Part shown: positions 55,996 through 64,000 of the stretch, piece after piece
Layout: the number at the start of each line of letters is the position of its first letter
Numbering within the stretch: position 1 is the stretch's first letter
DNA from: Oscillospiraceae bacterium
GTDB lineage: Bacteria; Bacillota; Clostridia; Oscillospirales; Acutalibacteraceae
DNA length: 64,000 bases
Assembly: GCA_015066005.1 (NCBI GenBank)
Contig: SVPF01000002.1
Location: 36,923 to 100,922 of the forward strand
Direction: 5' to 3'
Position numbers and translations under genes: made by a program
The notes under the pieces: generated by a model
The model's database searches: none
What the model was told of the DNA's origin: nothing
Seen by the model: the letters and a program-made list of their open reading frames with translations, nothing else

Positions 55996-56013
55996 GAAAC
56001 TATTAATTTTTCC

Positions 56014-56132
56014 TTGACAAACGAGAAGGTTTGTGATAAACTGTATAAGCCGCATATTGTGGGCTTTTTTAAGTTGCGCCTTTTTTGGTGCACGCCTTCT
56101 GTAGCGAGACTGAAAAATAAGCAGGTGAAAAA
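56014..56132 (+). promoter_or_regulatory. Promoter plus 5' leader of the rplU-prp-rpmA operon (L21-leader-like attenuator candidate)
   Basis: TTGACA, 17-nt spacer, TAAACT. The leader then contains AAGCC-(10 nt)-GGCTT followed by TTTT. An Rfam L21_leader family exists in Firmicutes, but no model was run. Confidence 0.4.
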
Positions 56133-56438
56133 ATGTACGCAATTATCGAAACAGGCGGAAAGCAGTACCGTGTTGAAAACGGCGATGTTATCTACATCGA
56201 AAAGCTCGACGCTCAGGTTGATGAAGAAGTTACCTTCGACAAGGTTGTTGCTGTTAGCAACAGAACTTTAAAGGTTGGTAAGCCCTATGTTAAGGACGCT
56301 TTCGTTAAAGGCACCGTTTTAAAGAACGGCAAGGGCAAGAAGATTACTGTCTTCACTTACAAACCCAAGAAGGGCTGCGCTCGCAAAATGGGTCACAGAC
56401 AACCCTACACTAAAGTACAAATTACTGAAATTGGCTAA
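56133..56438 (+). CDS. rplU: 50S ribosomal protein L21
   Basis: '[13 protein letters not shown]' N-terminus, 101 aa. Confidence 0.97.
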   Translation: MYAIIETGGKQYRVENGDVIYIEKLDAQVDEEVTFDKVVAVSNRTLKVGKPYVKDAFVKGTVLKNGKGKKITVFTYKPKKGCARKMGHRQPYTKVQITEIG

Positions 56439-56452
56439 TTAGGTTAATTAGT

Positions 56453-56782
56453 ATGACTAGTGTAAAATTTTTGGCTGATAAAAAGCTTTACGGCTTTGAA
56501 ATCAGCGGTCACAGTACAGTAAGCTGTGATGACGAGGTCGGTAAAACGGTTTGCGCGGCGGTATCAAGCGCTGCATATATGGCTGCAAACACCATAACCG
56601 AAATTATTGGCGACAAAGCAAAAGCAACGGTTTCGGACGGCGAAATGTTTTTCAAGGTCAAAAATCCAAGCGATGCCGCAGTAATGGTTTTGGAAGGGTT
56701 AAGGCTTCATTTAACCGAATTATCGATGCAATATAGCAATAACATCAAAATTTTGGAGGTGCAAAAAAATGTTAAAGATTAA
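56453..56782 (+). CDS. prp: Ribosomal-processing cysteine protease Prp
   Basis: 'GHS' and 'VCAAVS' (His/Cys dyad). It lies between rplU and rpmA. Confidence 0.9.
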   Translation: MTSVKFLADKKLYGFEISGHSTVSCDDEVGKTVCAAVSSAAYMAANTITEIIGDKAKATVSDGEMFFKVKNPSDAAVMVLEGLRLHLTELSMQYSNNIKILEVQKNVKD

Positions 56783-57053
56783 CATCCAGTTATTCGCTCA
56801 TAAAAAGGGTGTTGGTTCTACCAAGAACGGCCGTGACAGTGAATCCAAGCGTCTTGGCGTTAAGCGTGCTGACGGTCAGTTTGTTCTCGCAGGCAACATT
56901 CTTGTTCGCCAGAGAGGCACTCACATTCATCCCGGCAACAACGTAGGCCGTGGTTCTGACGATACTTTATTTGCCCTTATCGACGGTAAGGTTAAGTTTG
57001 AAAGAGTTGGCAGAGACCGTAAACAAGTAAGCATTTACGCTGTTGAGCAATAA
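56769..57053 (+). CDS. rpmA: 50S ribosomal protein L27 (with a cleavable N-terminal extension)
   Basis: 'MLKINIQLF|[15 protein letters not shown]' matches the Prp cleavage-type extension known from Firmicutes. Confidence 0.97.
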   Translation: MLKINIQLFAHKKGVGSTKNGRDSESKRLGVKRADGQFVLAGNILVRQRGTHIHPGNNVGRGSDDTLFALIDGKVKFERVGRDRKQVSIYAVEQ

Positions 57054-57063
57054 TTAACTATTT

Positions 57064-57099
57064 AACCCGGGTGCTTTCAGCGTCCGGGTTTATTTTTTA
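57064..57099 (+). terminator. Terminator after rpmA
   Basis: AACCCGG-(13 nt)-CCGGGTT followed by TATTTTTT. Confidence 0.65.
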
Positions 57100-57128
57100 T
57101 TTAAAAATCACGAAAGGTTGAAGGCTTT

Positions 57129-57524
57129 ATGAAAATTTGTCATGTTTGCGGCATTGAATGTGACGACAACCAAGAGGTTTGTCTGGTTTGCGGAGCTGAC
57201 TTAACCCAAAACGAAGAGGTTTCGGGTGAAATGATGGAAAAAGAAATTACCGAACCCGTGCTTATTGCCACCTTTGAGGATGTGATTTCTTCCGAAATAT
57301 TCAGGGATATTTTAACCGAAAACGGAATTCCATACTCAATGGGTAATGATGAGGGCGCCGTGCGTGTAATGTTTGGCGGCAGCTTTTCGGTTGATGAAAT
57401 TTATGTTGAAAAGCGTGATTTTAATAGAGCCGAAGCGCTTTATAATGATTTTTTGGAAAATCCGCCCGAATTTGAGGATGATGAATTCTTTATTGATGAA
57501 GAATTAAGTGATGAAGAGGAATAA
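57129..57524 (+). CDS. Zinc-ribbon plus DUF2007-like small protein with an acidic tail
   Basis: 'CHVCG...CLVCG' zinc ribbon, a DUF2007-like core 'IFRDILTENGIPY...' and the C-terminus 'EFEDDEFFIDEELSDEEE'. Confidence 0.6.
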   Translation: MKICHVCGIECDDNQEVCLVCGADLTQNEEVSGEMMEKEITEPVLIATFEDVISSEIFRDILTENGIPYSMGNDEGAVRVMFGGSFSVDEIYVEKRDFNRAEALYNDFLENPPEFEDDEFFIDEELSDEEE

Positions 57525-57527
57525 AAA

Positions 57528-57794
57528 GTGTTCTTTAGAGTAAAAGATAAAAGTGAATACGACGGTCTTAAGCTTGTGAAGGCGGTAATGCCCAATTTTG
57601 TGGGTATGTATTCCGAAATTTTAAGGGATAACGACATACCGTTTATTGCAAGGCAGGAAGGCGCTGCGGGTTATATGAAAATTGTAACGGGTGGTTTATT
57701 AATACCCGAAAATTTTTACGTAAAGCCCGAAGATTATGACAAAGCGTTAGAACTTTATAACGCTTTTATTGAAATTGAAGCAGAGGAAAACTAA
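57528..57794 (+). CDS. DUF2007-like small protein (paralog of the preceding gene)
   Basis: 'YSEILRDNDIPFIARQEGAAGYMKIV...YVKPEDYDKALELYNAFIE' aligns with the upstream paralog. GTG start. Confidence 0.55.
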   Translation: MFFRVKDKSEYDGLKLVKAVMPNFVGMYSEILRDNDIPFIARQEGAAGYMKIVTGGLLIPENFYVKPEDYDKALELYNAFIEIEAEEN

Positions 57795-59066
57795 ATGTTT
57801 GTTGATATAGCAAAAATACACTTAAAAGCGGGTAACGGCGGTAATGGTGCGGTGTCCTTTCACCGTGAAAAGTTTGTTGCGGCAGGCGGACCCGACGGTG
57901 GCGATGGCGGTAAAGGCGGAGATATTGTCTTTAAGGCTGACAGTAACCTTTCTACCTTGGCCGATTTCCGCTATAAAAGAAAATATACTGCCCAGTCGGG
58001 CGAAAACGGCGGCACATCCCGCTGCACAGGTAAAAGTGCACCGAATTTAGTTATTTCGGTACCGGTGGGCACCTTAGTGAAGGATGCCGAAACAGGCCGC
58101 ATTATTGCCGATATTTCTACCGACGAGCCGGTTGTTATTGCCAAGGGCGGCAACGGCGGTTGGGGTAACCAGCATTTTGGCACGGCGACACGCCAAATTC
58201 CCCGTTTTTCAAAAAGCGGCAATCCGGGTGAAGAATTGGACGTAACCCTTGAGCTTAAACTACTTGCCGATGTGGGACTTATCGGCTTTCCAAACGTTGG
58301 AAAGTCAACCTTAGTGTCGGTGGTAAGCGAAGCCAAGCCTAAAATTGCAAATTACCACTTTACAACCCTTACACCTGTTTTGGGTGTGGTGAGAATGGAT
58401 GAGGGCTCAAGCTTTGTAATGGCTGACATTCCCGGTCTTATCGAAGGCGCAGGCGAGGGTATTGGCCTTGGTCACGAATTTTTGCGCCATGTTGAGCGTT
58501 GCCGTTTATTGCTTCACGTTATTGACGTTTCGGGCAGTGAGGGTCGCGACCCAATTGACGATTTTGATAAAATTAATCACGAGCTTTCGGTTTTCAGTGA
58601 GGATTTAACCCTTGCTCCACAAATTGTTGTGGGCAACAAGTGCGACCTTGCCGATGAGGGCGTGGTTGAAAAGCTACGGGAATATTTTGAGGCCGAGGGC
58701 TTTAAATTCTTTCCGATTATGGCGCCCATTGCCGAGGGCACCGATGAGCTTATAAATTATGTTGCAAGTGAGCTTCAAAAGCTTCCGCCCATTAAAATTT
58801 ACGAGGCGGAGGAATTGCCTGAGGTTATCGAACCCAAAACCCGCCGCAGCTTTAGTGTCAGGTTTGATGGCACATATTATTATGTAGAAGACTGCGACTG
58901 GCTTATGGAAGTAATGAATAATGTTGACCCTGACGATTATGAATCGCTTCAGTATTTCGAGCGTGTTATCAGGGAATGCGGCATTATTGACGCTTTGGAA
59001 CGAAAGGGCTGTTCCGAAGGTGATACGGTTAAGATTTTAGATATTGAATTTGATTATGTTCCTTAA
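57795..59066 (+). CDS. obg: GTPase Obg/CgtA
   Basis: 'MFVD......KAG.GGNG..SF.REK', a Gly-rich Obg fold, 'GFPNVGKST', and a C-terminal OCT/TGS-like domain. Confidence 0.96.
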   Translation: MFVDIAKIHLKAGNGGNGAVSFHREKFVAAGGPDGGDGGKGGDIVFKADSNLSTLADFRYKRKYTAQSGENGGTSRCTGKSAPNLVISVPVGTLVKDAETGRIIADISTDEPVVIAKGGNGGWGNQHFGTATRQIPRFSKSGNPGEELDVTLELKLLADVGLIGFPNVGKSTLVSVVSEAKPKIANYHFTTLTPVLGVVRMDEGSSFVMADIPGLIEGAGEGIGLGHEFLRHVERCRLLLHVIDVSGSEGRDPIDDFDKINHELSVFSEDLTLAPQIVVGNKCDLADEGVVEKLREYFEAEGFKFFPIMAPIAEGTDELINYVASELQKLPPIKIYEAEELPEVIEPKTRRSFSVRFDGTYYYVEDCDWLMEVMNNVDPDDYESLQYFERVIRECGIIDALERKGCSEGDTVKILDIEFDYVP

Positions 59067-59081
59067 AGTTAGAGGTGTTTT

Positions 59082-59462
59082 ATGGAAAATCCCAACCTTT
59101 TAAGCCCGTCGGTGTTGGCCTTTGTGGGTGATGCGGTTTACGGTCTTATGGTGCGTACTGCTTTGGCGCAGGTTAACCGCCCTTCAGGTGAGCTTCACAA
59201 ATTGTCGGTAAAATTAGTTAATGCAACCGCACAGGCTGAAGCGTATAAAATAATTGAACCCACCCTTTCCGAAAAAGAGGTTATGGTGTTTAAAAGGGGC
59301 CGCAATTTTAAAACGGGCAACACCCCTAAAAATTCAACCGGGGGCGATTATCACACCGCAACGGGACTTGAAACGCTGTTCGGTTTTTTATATCTTTCAG
59401 GCGAAAGGGAACGGCTTGAAGCACTTTTTAATATTATTTGGGAAAAATTTAATATATCCTAA
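59082..59462 (+). CDS. mrnC: Mini-ribonuclease 3
   Basis: 'LAFVGDAVYGLMVR' RNase III-like signature, 126 aa. Confidence 0.88.
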   Translation: MENPNLLSPSVLAFVGDAVYGLMVRTALAQVNRPSGELHKLSVKLVNATAQAEAYKIIEPTLSEKEVMVFKRGRNFKTGNTPKNSTGGDYHTATGLETLFGFLYLSGERERLEALFNIIWEKFNIS

Positions 59463-59466
59463 AGCC

Positions 59467-59506
59467 AAACTGGGTACACTAAAAGGTGTATCCAGTTTTA
59501 ATTTTT
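59467..59506 (+). terminator. Terminator after mrnC
   Basis: AAACTGGGTACAC-taaaag-GTGTATCCAGTTT followed by TAATTTTT. Confidence 0.6.
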
Positions 59507-59516
59507 AAGGTGAGCT

Positions 59517-60374
59517 ATGAAGGCAAGAGTAAAAGAATTTTTAACCGATATTATTTATTATATTGTAGGTGGCTGTATTTATGCGGTGGCGGTTACAACC
59601 TTTTTGTCTGCAAATGAAATTTCGCCCGGTGGGGTTACGGGGGTTGCTACAGTTTTAAACTATTTATTTAAAAGTCCGGTTGGTACGGTGGTGTTTTTAA
59701 TAAATGTGCCGCTTTTTATAATTGCCTTTTTTAAAATGGGCAAGGGCTTTATTTTAAAAACCGCAATTGCAACGGCGGTGGCTTCGCTCTTACTTGACAC
59801 ACTTGTAATTGTTTTACCGCAAATGCAAATCGATTTAATATTGGCAAGCATTTTCGGCGGTACGTTAATGGGGCTTGGAGTCAGTATTATAATGCTTCGC
59901 GGTTCCTCAACGGGCGGGGTTGAAATTATTGCAAAGCTAATATCGCTAAAGCGCCCTTATATAAGCATTGGTCGGCTTATGCTGTTTTTGGATTTTTCGG
60001 TGGTGGTAATATCGGCCTTTGTTTATAAAAACCTTCAAAGCGCCCTTTATTCCACCGTGGCGCTTTACGCCTGCTCGAAAATAATGGACCTTGTTCTTTA
60101 CGGCGCCGACAAGGGAAAGGTTATTTATATAATAAGTGACAAGGCACAATATATTGTGTGTGATATTTTAAGCAAAATCGGGCGCGGCGCCACTTATCTG
60201 GATGTTGAGGGCGCCTATACGGGCGATAAACGAAAAATGATAATGTGTACTGTAAGGCGAAACGAAGTGCATAATGTGTACGCCGCCGCAAGACAGCACG
60301 ACCCTGCCGCCTTTATCGTTGTTTGTGAGGCCGGTGAAATACTTGGCGAGGGCTTTAAAAAAAATTTTTTTTGA
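59517..60374 (+). CDS. YitT family membrane protein (DUF2179 C-terminal domain)
   Basis: Five TM segments with a 'GG..G' pattern, followed by a soluble C-terminal domain. Confidence 0.85.
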   Translation: MKARVKEFLTDIIYYIVGGCIYAVAVTTFLSANEISPGGVTGVATVLNYLFKSPVGTVVFLINVPLFIIAFFKMGKGFILKTAIATAVASLLLDTLVIVLPQMQIDLILASIFGGTLMGLGVSIIMLRGSSTGGVEIIAKLISLKRPYISIGRLMLFLDFSVVVISAFVYKNLQSALYSTVALYACSKIMDLVLYGADKGKVIYIISDKAQYIVCDILSKIGRGATYLDVEGAYTGDKRKMIMCTVRRNEVHNVYAAARQHDPAAFIVVCEAGEILGEGFKKNFF

Positions 60375-60384
60375 TAAAAAGTAC

Positions 60385-60439
60385 TTGATATTTCTATAAT
60401 TTGTGTTATAATAATTCTTGCACGCACTATATATTGTAT
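60385..60439 (+). promoter_or_regulatory. nrdD promoter with two NrdR-box-like palindromes
   Basis: TTGATA, 16-nt spacer, TATAAT (60407-60412). Box 1 is tttCTATAATTTGTGt (60391-60406) and box 2 is gcaCTATATATTGTat (60424-60439), compared with the NrdR box acaCwAtATaTwGtgt. The box starts are 33 nt apart. Confidence 0.5.
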
Positions 60440-60487
60440 TATTTATTTAGCATTTTTAAAATAAAAAACTTGTTTGAGGTAGGAATT

Positions 60488-62665
60488 ATGAAGATTATTA
60501 AAAGAAGCGGCGCTGAGGTTACCTTTGACCCACAAAAAATTATAGTTGCCGTTACAAAAGCAAATCAAAGCGTTGTGCCCAGCCACCGTATGACTGAGGT
60601 GCAAATCAAGCGCATTGCCGAGGATGTTGAATCCGCAGCGGCTAATATTAATCGTTCTTTAAGCGTTGAAGAAATACAAGATATGGTAGAAGACCAAATT
60701 ATGAATCAACGCGCTTTTGATGTTGCAAGGCGCTACATTACATACCGTTATAACCGTGCTTTAGTTAGAAAATCAAATACTACCGATGAACAAATCTTAA
60801 GCCTTATTGAATGCAATAATGAAGAGGTTAAGCAGGAAAACAGCAACAAAAACCCCACCGTTAACAGCGTTCAGCGTGATTATATGGCAGGCGAGGTTTC
60901 GAAGGATATTACCCGTCGTATTCTTTTACCGGCTGATATTGTTGATGCGCACGACCGTGGTCTTATACATTTCCATGATGCAGACTATTTTGCACAGCAT
61001 ATGCACAACTGCGACCTTGTTAACCTTGAGGATATGCTTCAAAACGGTACCGTTATCAGCGGCACCTCTATTGAACGCCCCCACAGTTTTTCTACCGCTT
61101 GTAACATTGCAACCCAAATTATTGCTCAGGTCGCTTCCTGTCAGTACGGCGGTCAAAGTATAAGCCTTACACATTTAGCTCCCTTTGTTGACGTAAGCCG
61201 CAAGAAAATTTATTCCGAGGTTGTGGAGGAGCTTGAAGCTGCAGGTCTTGAGGTTTCAGAAGAAAAGGCTGCCGAAATTACCGAAAAACGTCTGCTTAAG
61301 GAAATTGCCCGTGGTGTTCAAACCATTCAGTATCAGGTTGTAACCCTTATGACAACCAACGGTCAGGCCCCCTTTGTTACTGTATTTATGTACCTTAACG
61401 AAGCTAAAAACGAGCAGGAAAAGGCTGACCTTGCTTTAATTATTGAAGAGGTTTTAAAGCAACGCTATCAAGGTGTTAAAAACGAAAAGGGCGTTTGGAT
61501 TACTCCTGCCTTCCCCAAGCTTATCTATGTTTTAGAAGAAGATAATATCAAAGAGGGAACAAAGTATTGGCCTCTTACTAAATTAGCGGCAAAGTGTACC
61601 GCTAAGCGTATGGTGCCTGACTATATTTCCGAAAAGGTTATGCTTCAAAATAAAATTGACAAAAACGGTGAAGGTCACTGCTACACCTGTATGGGCTGCC
61701 GCAGCTTCTTAACACCCTATGTCGATGAAAACGGCAAGCCTAAGTATTACGGCCGCTTTAACCAAGGCGTTGTTACCGTTAACCTTGTTGATATTGGCTT
61801 GTCAGCAAATGGCGATATGGAAAAATTCTGGAAGATTTTTGACGACAGAATGGAGCTTTGCCACCGTGCACTTCAGCAACGCCATGAAAGGCTTACAGGC
61901 ACCCTTTCAGATGCCGCACCTATTTTATGGCAATACGGCGCACTTCTTCGTCTTAAGAAGGGCGAAACCATCGACAAATATCTTCACGGCGGCTATTCAA
62001 CAATTTCGCTTGGCTATGCAGGTCTTTGGGAATGCGTTTATGCCATGATCGGCAAAAAGCTTACCGAAAAAGAGGGCGAGGAATTCGGCCTTGAAATTAT
62101 GAAAAAGCTTAACGAATACACTGCTAAGTGGAAGGCTGCTGAGGTTATTGACTATTCACTTTACGGCACACCGCTTGAAAGCACTACCTACAAGTTTGCA
62201 AAGTGCCTGCAAAAGCGCTTTGGCATTATTAAGGGTGTAACCGATAAGAACTATATTACAAACAGCTATCACGTTCACGTTACCGAGGATATTGACGCCT
62301 TTGAAAAATTAGCGCTTGAAGCTAAGTTCCAGGCATTATCACCGGGTGGCGCAATAAGCTATGTTGAGGTTCCCAATATGCAAAATAACCTTGACGCTGT
62401 TTTATCGGTAATGCAGTTTATTTACGATAACATTATGTACGCTGAGCTTAACACCAAGAGTGACTACTGTCACGAATGTGGCTTTGACGGCGAAATTGAA
62501 ATTAAGGAAGACGAGCACGGCAAGCTTGTTTGGACCTGCCCTAACTGTGGAAATACCGATCAGGACAAGCTTAATGTTGCAAGACGCACCTGCGGCTACA
62601 TCGGTACACAGTATTGGAACCAGGGCCGCACACAAGAAATTAAGGAAAGAGTTTTACATCTTTAA
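60488..62665 (+). CDS. nrdD: Anaerobic ribonucleoside-triphosphate reductase
   Basis: N-terminal ATP-cone, the Zn site 'CHECG...CPNCG', and the glycyl-radical motif 'RRTCGYIG'. The ATG at 60488 follows GAGGTAGG. The track's extension covers the promoter. Confidence 0.95.
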   Translation: MKIIKRSGAEVTFDPQKIIVAVTKANQSVVPSHRMTEVQIKRIAEDVESAAANINRSLSVEEIQDMVEDQIMNQRAFDVARRYITYRYNRALVRKSNTTDEQILSLIECNNEEVKQENSNKNPTVNSVQRDYMAGEVSKDITRRILLPADIVDAHDRGLIHFHDADYFAQHMHNCDLVNLEDMLQNGTVISGTSIERPHSFSTACNIATQIIAQVASCQYGGQSISLTHLAPFVDVSRKKIYSEVVEELEAAGLEVSEEKAAEITEKRLLKEIARGVQTIQYQVVTLMTTNGQAPFVTVFMYLNEAKNEQEKADLALIIEEVLKQRYQGVKNEKGVWITPAFPKLIYVLEEDNIKEGTKYWPLTKLAAKCTAKRMVPDYISEKVMLQNKIDKNGEGHCYTCMGCRSFLTPYVDENGKPKYYGRFNQGVVTVNLVDIGLSANGDMEKFWKIFDDRMELCHRALQQRHERLTGTLSDAAPILWQYGALLRLKKGETIDKYLHGGYSTISLGYAGLWECVYAMIGKKLTEKEGEEFGLEIMKKLNEYTAKWKAAEVIDYSLYGTPLESTTYKFAKCLQKRFGIIKGVTDKNYITNSYHVHVTEDIDAFEKLALEAKFQALSPGGAISYVEVPNMQNNLDAVLSVMQFIYDNIMYAELNTKSDYCHECGFDGEIEIKEDEHGKLVWTCPNCGNTDQDKLNVARRTCGYIGTQYWNQGRTQEIKERVLHL

Positions 62666-62670
62666 AAAAC

Positions 62671-62704
62671 GGGGGCTTTCCGAAAGGTTAGCCCCTTAAA
62701 TTTT
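62671..62704 (+). terminator. Imperfect stem-loop between nrdD and nrdG (partial terminator or processing site?)
   Basis: GGGGCTTTCC-gaaa-GGTTAGCCCC followed by TTAAATTTT. Confidence 0.35.
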
Positions 62705-62714
62705 GGGGTCAGCT

Positions 62715-63275
62715 ATGAATTATGCGGTAATTAAAAAATTTGATATTGCTAACGGCCCGGGTGTGCGGGTTTCGCTTTTTGTCAGCGGCTGCCGTCACAA
62801 ATGTAAAAACTGCTTTAACAGTGAAGCATGGGATTTTGACTACGGCAAGCCCTTCACAAAGGAAACTATTGCTGAAATAATTGAAGCGCTTGATAAGGAT
62901 TATATTGAAGGCTTTTCGCTATTGGGCGGCGAGCCGTTTGAGCCCGAAAACCAAGCGGGTATTTATGAGCTTTTAAAGGAAATTAAAGAAAAGCTTCCAA
63001 ACAAAACGGTTTGGTGCTATACCGGCTTTAATTTTGACACACAGCTTTTGGCAGGGCTTGTTGGTGATAAGAACTTAACCCTTGAATGTCTAAAGTTAAT
63101 TGATGTTTTGGTTGACGGCAAGTTTGTTGAGGAATTAAAAAGTCCGTCACTTCTGTTTCGCGGGTCTTCAAATCAGCGAATAATTGATGTTAAAAAATCA
63201 CTAACGGAAAACGAGGTTGTTTGGCTTTCGGGTGTTTGGGAAAGAAAAATGGGCTCGGGTAATATTTACGAATAG
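62715..63275 (+). CDS. nrdG: Anaerobic ribonucleotide reductase activating protein (radical SAM)
   Basis: 'DIANGPGVRVSLFVSGCRHKCKNCFN' cluster motif. Confidence 0.92.
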   Translation: MNYAVIKKFDIANGPGVRVSLFVSGCRHKCKNCFNSEAWDFDYGKPFTKETIAEIIEALDKDYIEGFSLLGGEPFEPENQAGIYELLKEIKEKLPNKTVWCYTGFNFDTQLLAGLVGDKNLTLECLKLIDVLVDGKFVEELKSPSLLFRGSSNQRIIDVKKSLTENEVVWLSGVWERKMGSGNIYE

Positions 63276-63287
63276 GGGAATAATATA

Positions 63288-63728
63288 ATGAAAGTGAATT
63301 TTAAAAAACTTAATGCTAATGCCAAGGTGCCAACCTTTGGCTCGCCCTTTTCGGCCGGTGCCGACCTTTATGCCTTAACAAACGGTGAAACGGTTACCTT
63401 TAATCCCGGGGAAACCAAAATTATTCACACAGGGCTTGCTTTGGAAATTCCCGAAGGCTATGCAGGGCTTATTTATGCCAGAAGCGGCATTGCAAACAAG
63501 CGTGGGCTTGCCCCCTCTAATAAGGTTGGCGTGGTTGATGCCGACTATCGCGGTGAGATTATGGTATCACTTCACAACCATTCAAACGAAGTGCAGGAAA
63601 TTGCCGACGGGGAACGAATTGCCCAAATGGTAATTGCACCCTTTTTGGCAGTTGAATATACCGAGGTTGAGGAGTTATCTGACACCGAGCGCGGTACAGG
63701 CGGCTTTGGCTCGACAGGCAAAAATTAA
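63288..63728 (+). CDS. dut: dUTP diphosphatase
   Basis: 'SAGADLYA', 'RSG', 'GVVDADYRGEI' and 'ERGTGGFGSTG'. Confidence 0.95.
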   Translation: MKVNFKKLNANAKVPTFGSPFSAGADLYALTNGETVTFNPGETKIIHTGLALEIPEGYAGLIYARSGIANKRGLAPSNKVGVVDADYRGEIMVSLHNHSNEVQEIADGERIAQMVIAPFLAVEYTEVEELSDTERGTGGFGSTGKN

Positions 63729-63742
63729 TAAACTATTAAGAA

Positions 63743-63770
63743 GGGGTAACAGTTTTGTTACCCCGTTTTA
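63743..63770 (+). terminator. Terminator after dut
   Basis: GGGGTAAC-agtttt-GTTACCCC followed by GTTTTAATT. Confidence 0.6.
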
Positions 63771-63771
63771 A

Positions 63772-63800
63772 TTGACAAATATACGCTTTTGGGGTAAAAT
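63772..63800 (+). promoter_or_regulatory. Sigma-A-type promoter for the last (partial) gene
   Basis: TTGACA, 17-nt spacer, TAAAAT. Confidence 0.45.
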
Positions 63801-63831
63801 ATTAAGGCATCAATATGAAAGGAGCTACTTT

Positions 63832-64000
63832 ATGAAAAAATATTATTATTGGGCTTTTTTCCCAATTAGTATTTTTTATTGTGAATTATGGTTGCGCCTT
63901 TTCAGCGGTGAAAGGTTTTTTAACTGGGGCCTTTTAACCGTTGCGCTGTTTTCGGTGTTTTTCGGTTTGCTTTCTCAGTTTGTTTCATTTAATAAAAACG
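63832..64000 (+). CDS. Partial CDS (N-terminus only), hydrophobic membrane protein of unknown family
   Basis: AAAGGAG RBS, then ATG at 63832. It reads MKKYYYWAFFPISIFYCELWLRLFSGERFFNWGLLTVALFSVFFGLL... and stays open to the window end. Confidence 0.5.
   Translation, partial: MKKYYYWAFFPISIFYCELWLRLFSGERFFNWGLLTVALFSVFFGLLSQFVSFNKN

Overview
This window is a mostly housekeeping chromosomal segment from a spore-forming Firmicute. It looks Clostridia-like, possibly Oscillospiraceae/Ruminococcaceae, but that assignment rests only on gene content and repeat style.

Recognisable blocks:
- rplS-lepB-rbgA-rnhB-yraN and thrC
- tig-clpP-clpX
- spo0A
- pyrH-frr-uppS-cdsA-dxr-rseP-ispG-polC
- fba
- tepA-ftsK-tex
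- feoAB and spoIVA
- guaB and rpsB-tsf
- a galT-AEC-sufCB operon
- an MBOAT/DHHW surface-acylation cluster
- rplU-prp-rpmA-obg-mrnC
- nrdDG-dut

I saw no rRNA, tRNA, CRISPR array, transposase, integrase or recognisable defence system.

The parts not explained by ordinary genes:
1. A modular, non-coding intergenic repeat family of about 220-300 nt. It has three same-orientation copies at 15.8, 27.6 and 55.8 kb. A related 'hairpin field' lies at 13.1-13.4 kb.
2. A PolC that lacks the inserted DEDDh proofreading exonuclease domain.
3. A Spo0A whose phospho-acceptor Asp is replaced by Glu.
4. An MBOAT + two AlgJ/AlgX-like (DHHW) + DUF4358 cluster of unknown substrate.
5. Several smaller oddities: an E2-like acyltransferase without its catalytic His, a tiny C39-like ORF inside a galT-suf operon, a DUF2007 pair at the position spo0B holds in Bacillus, a doubly frameshifted XRE gene, and a DUF1540 mini-gene missing from the ORF track.

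All calls rest on reading the translations and the DNA by eye. No database search, covariance model or fold calculation was run.
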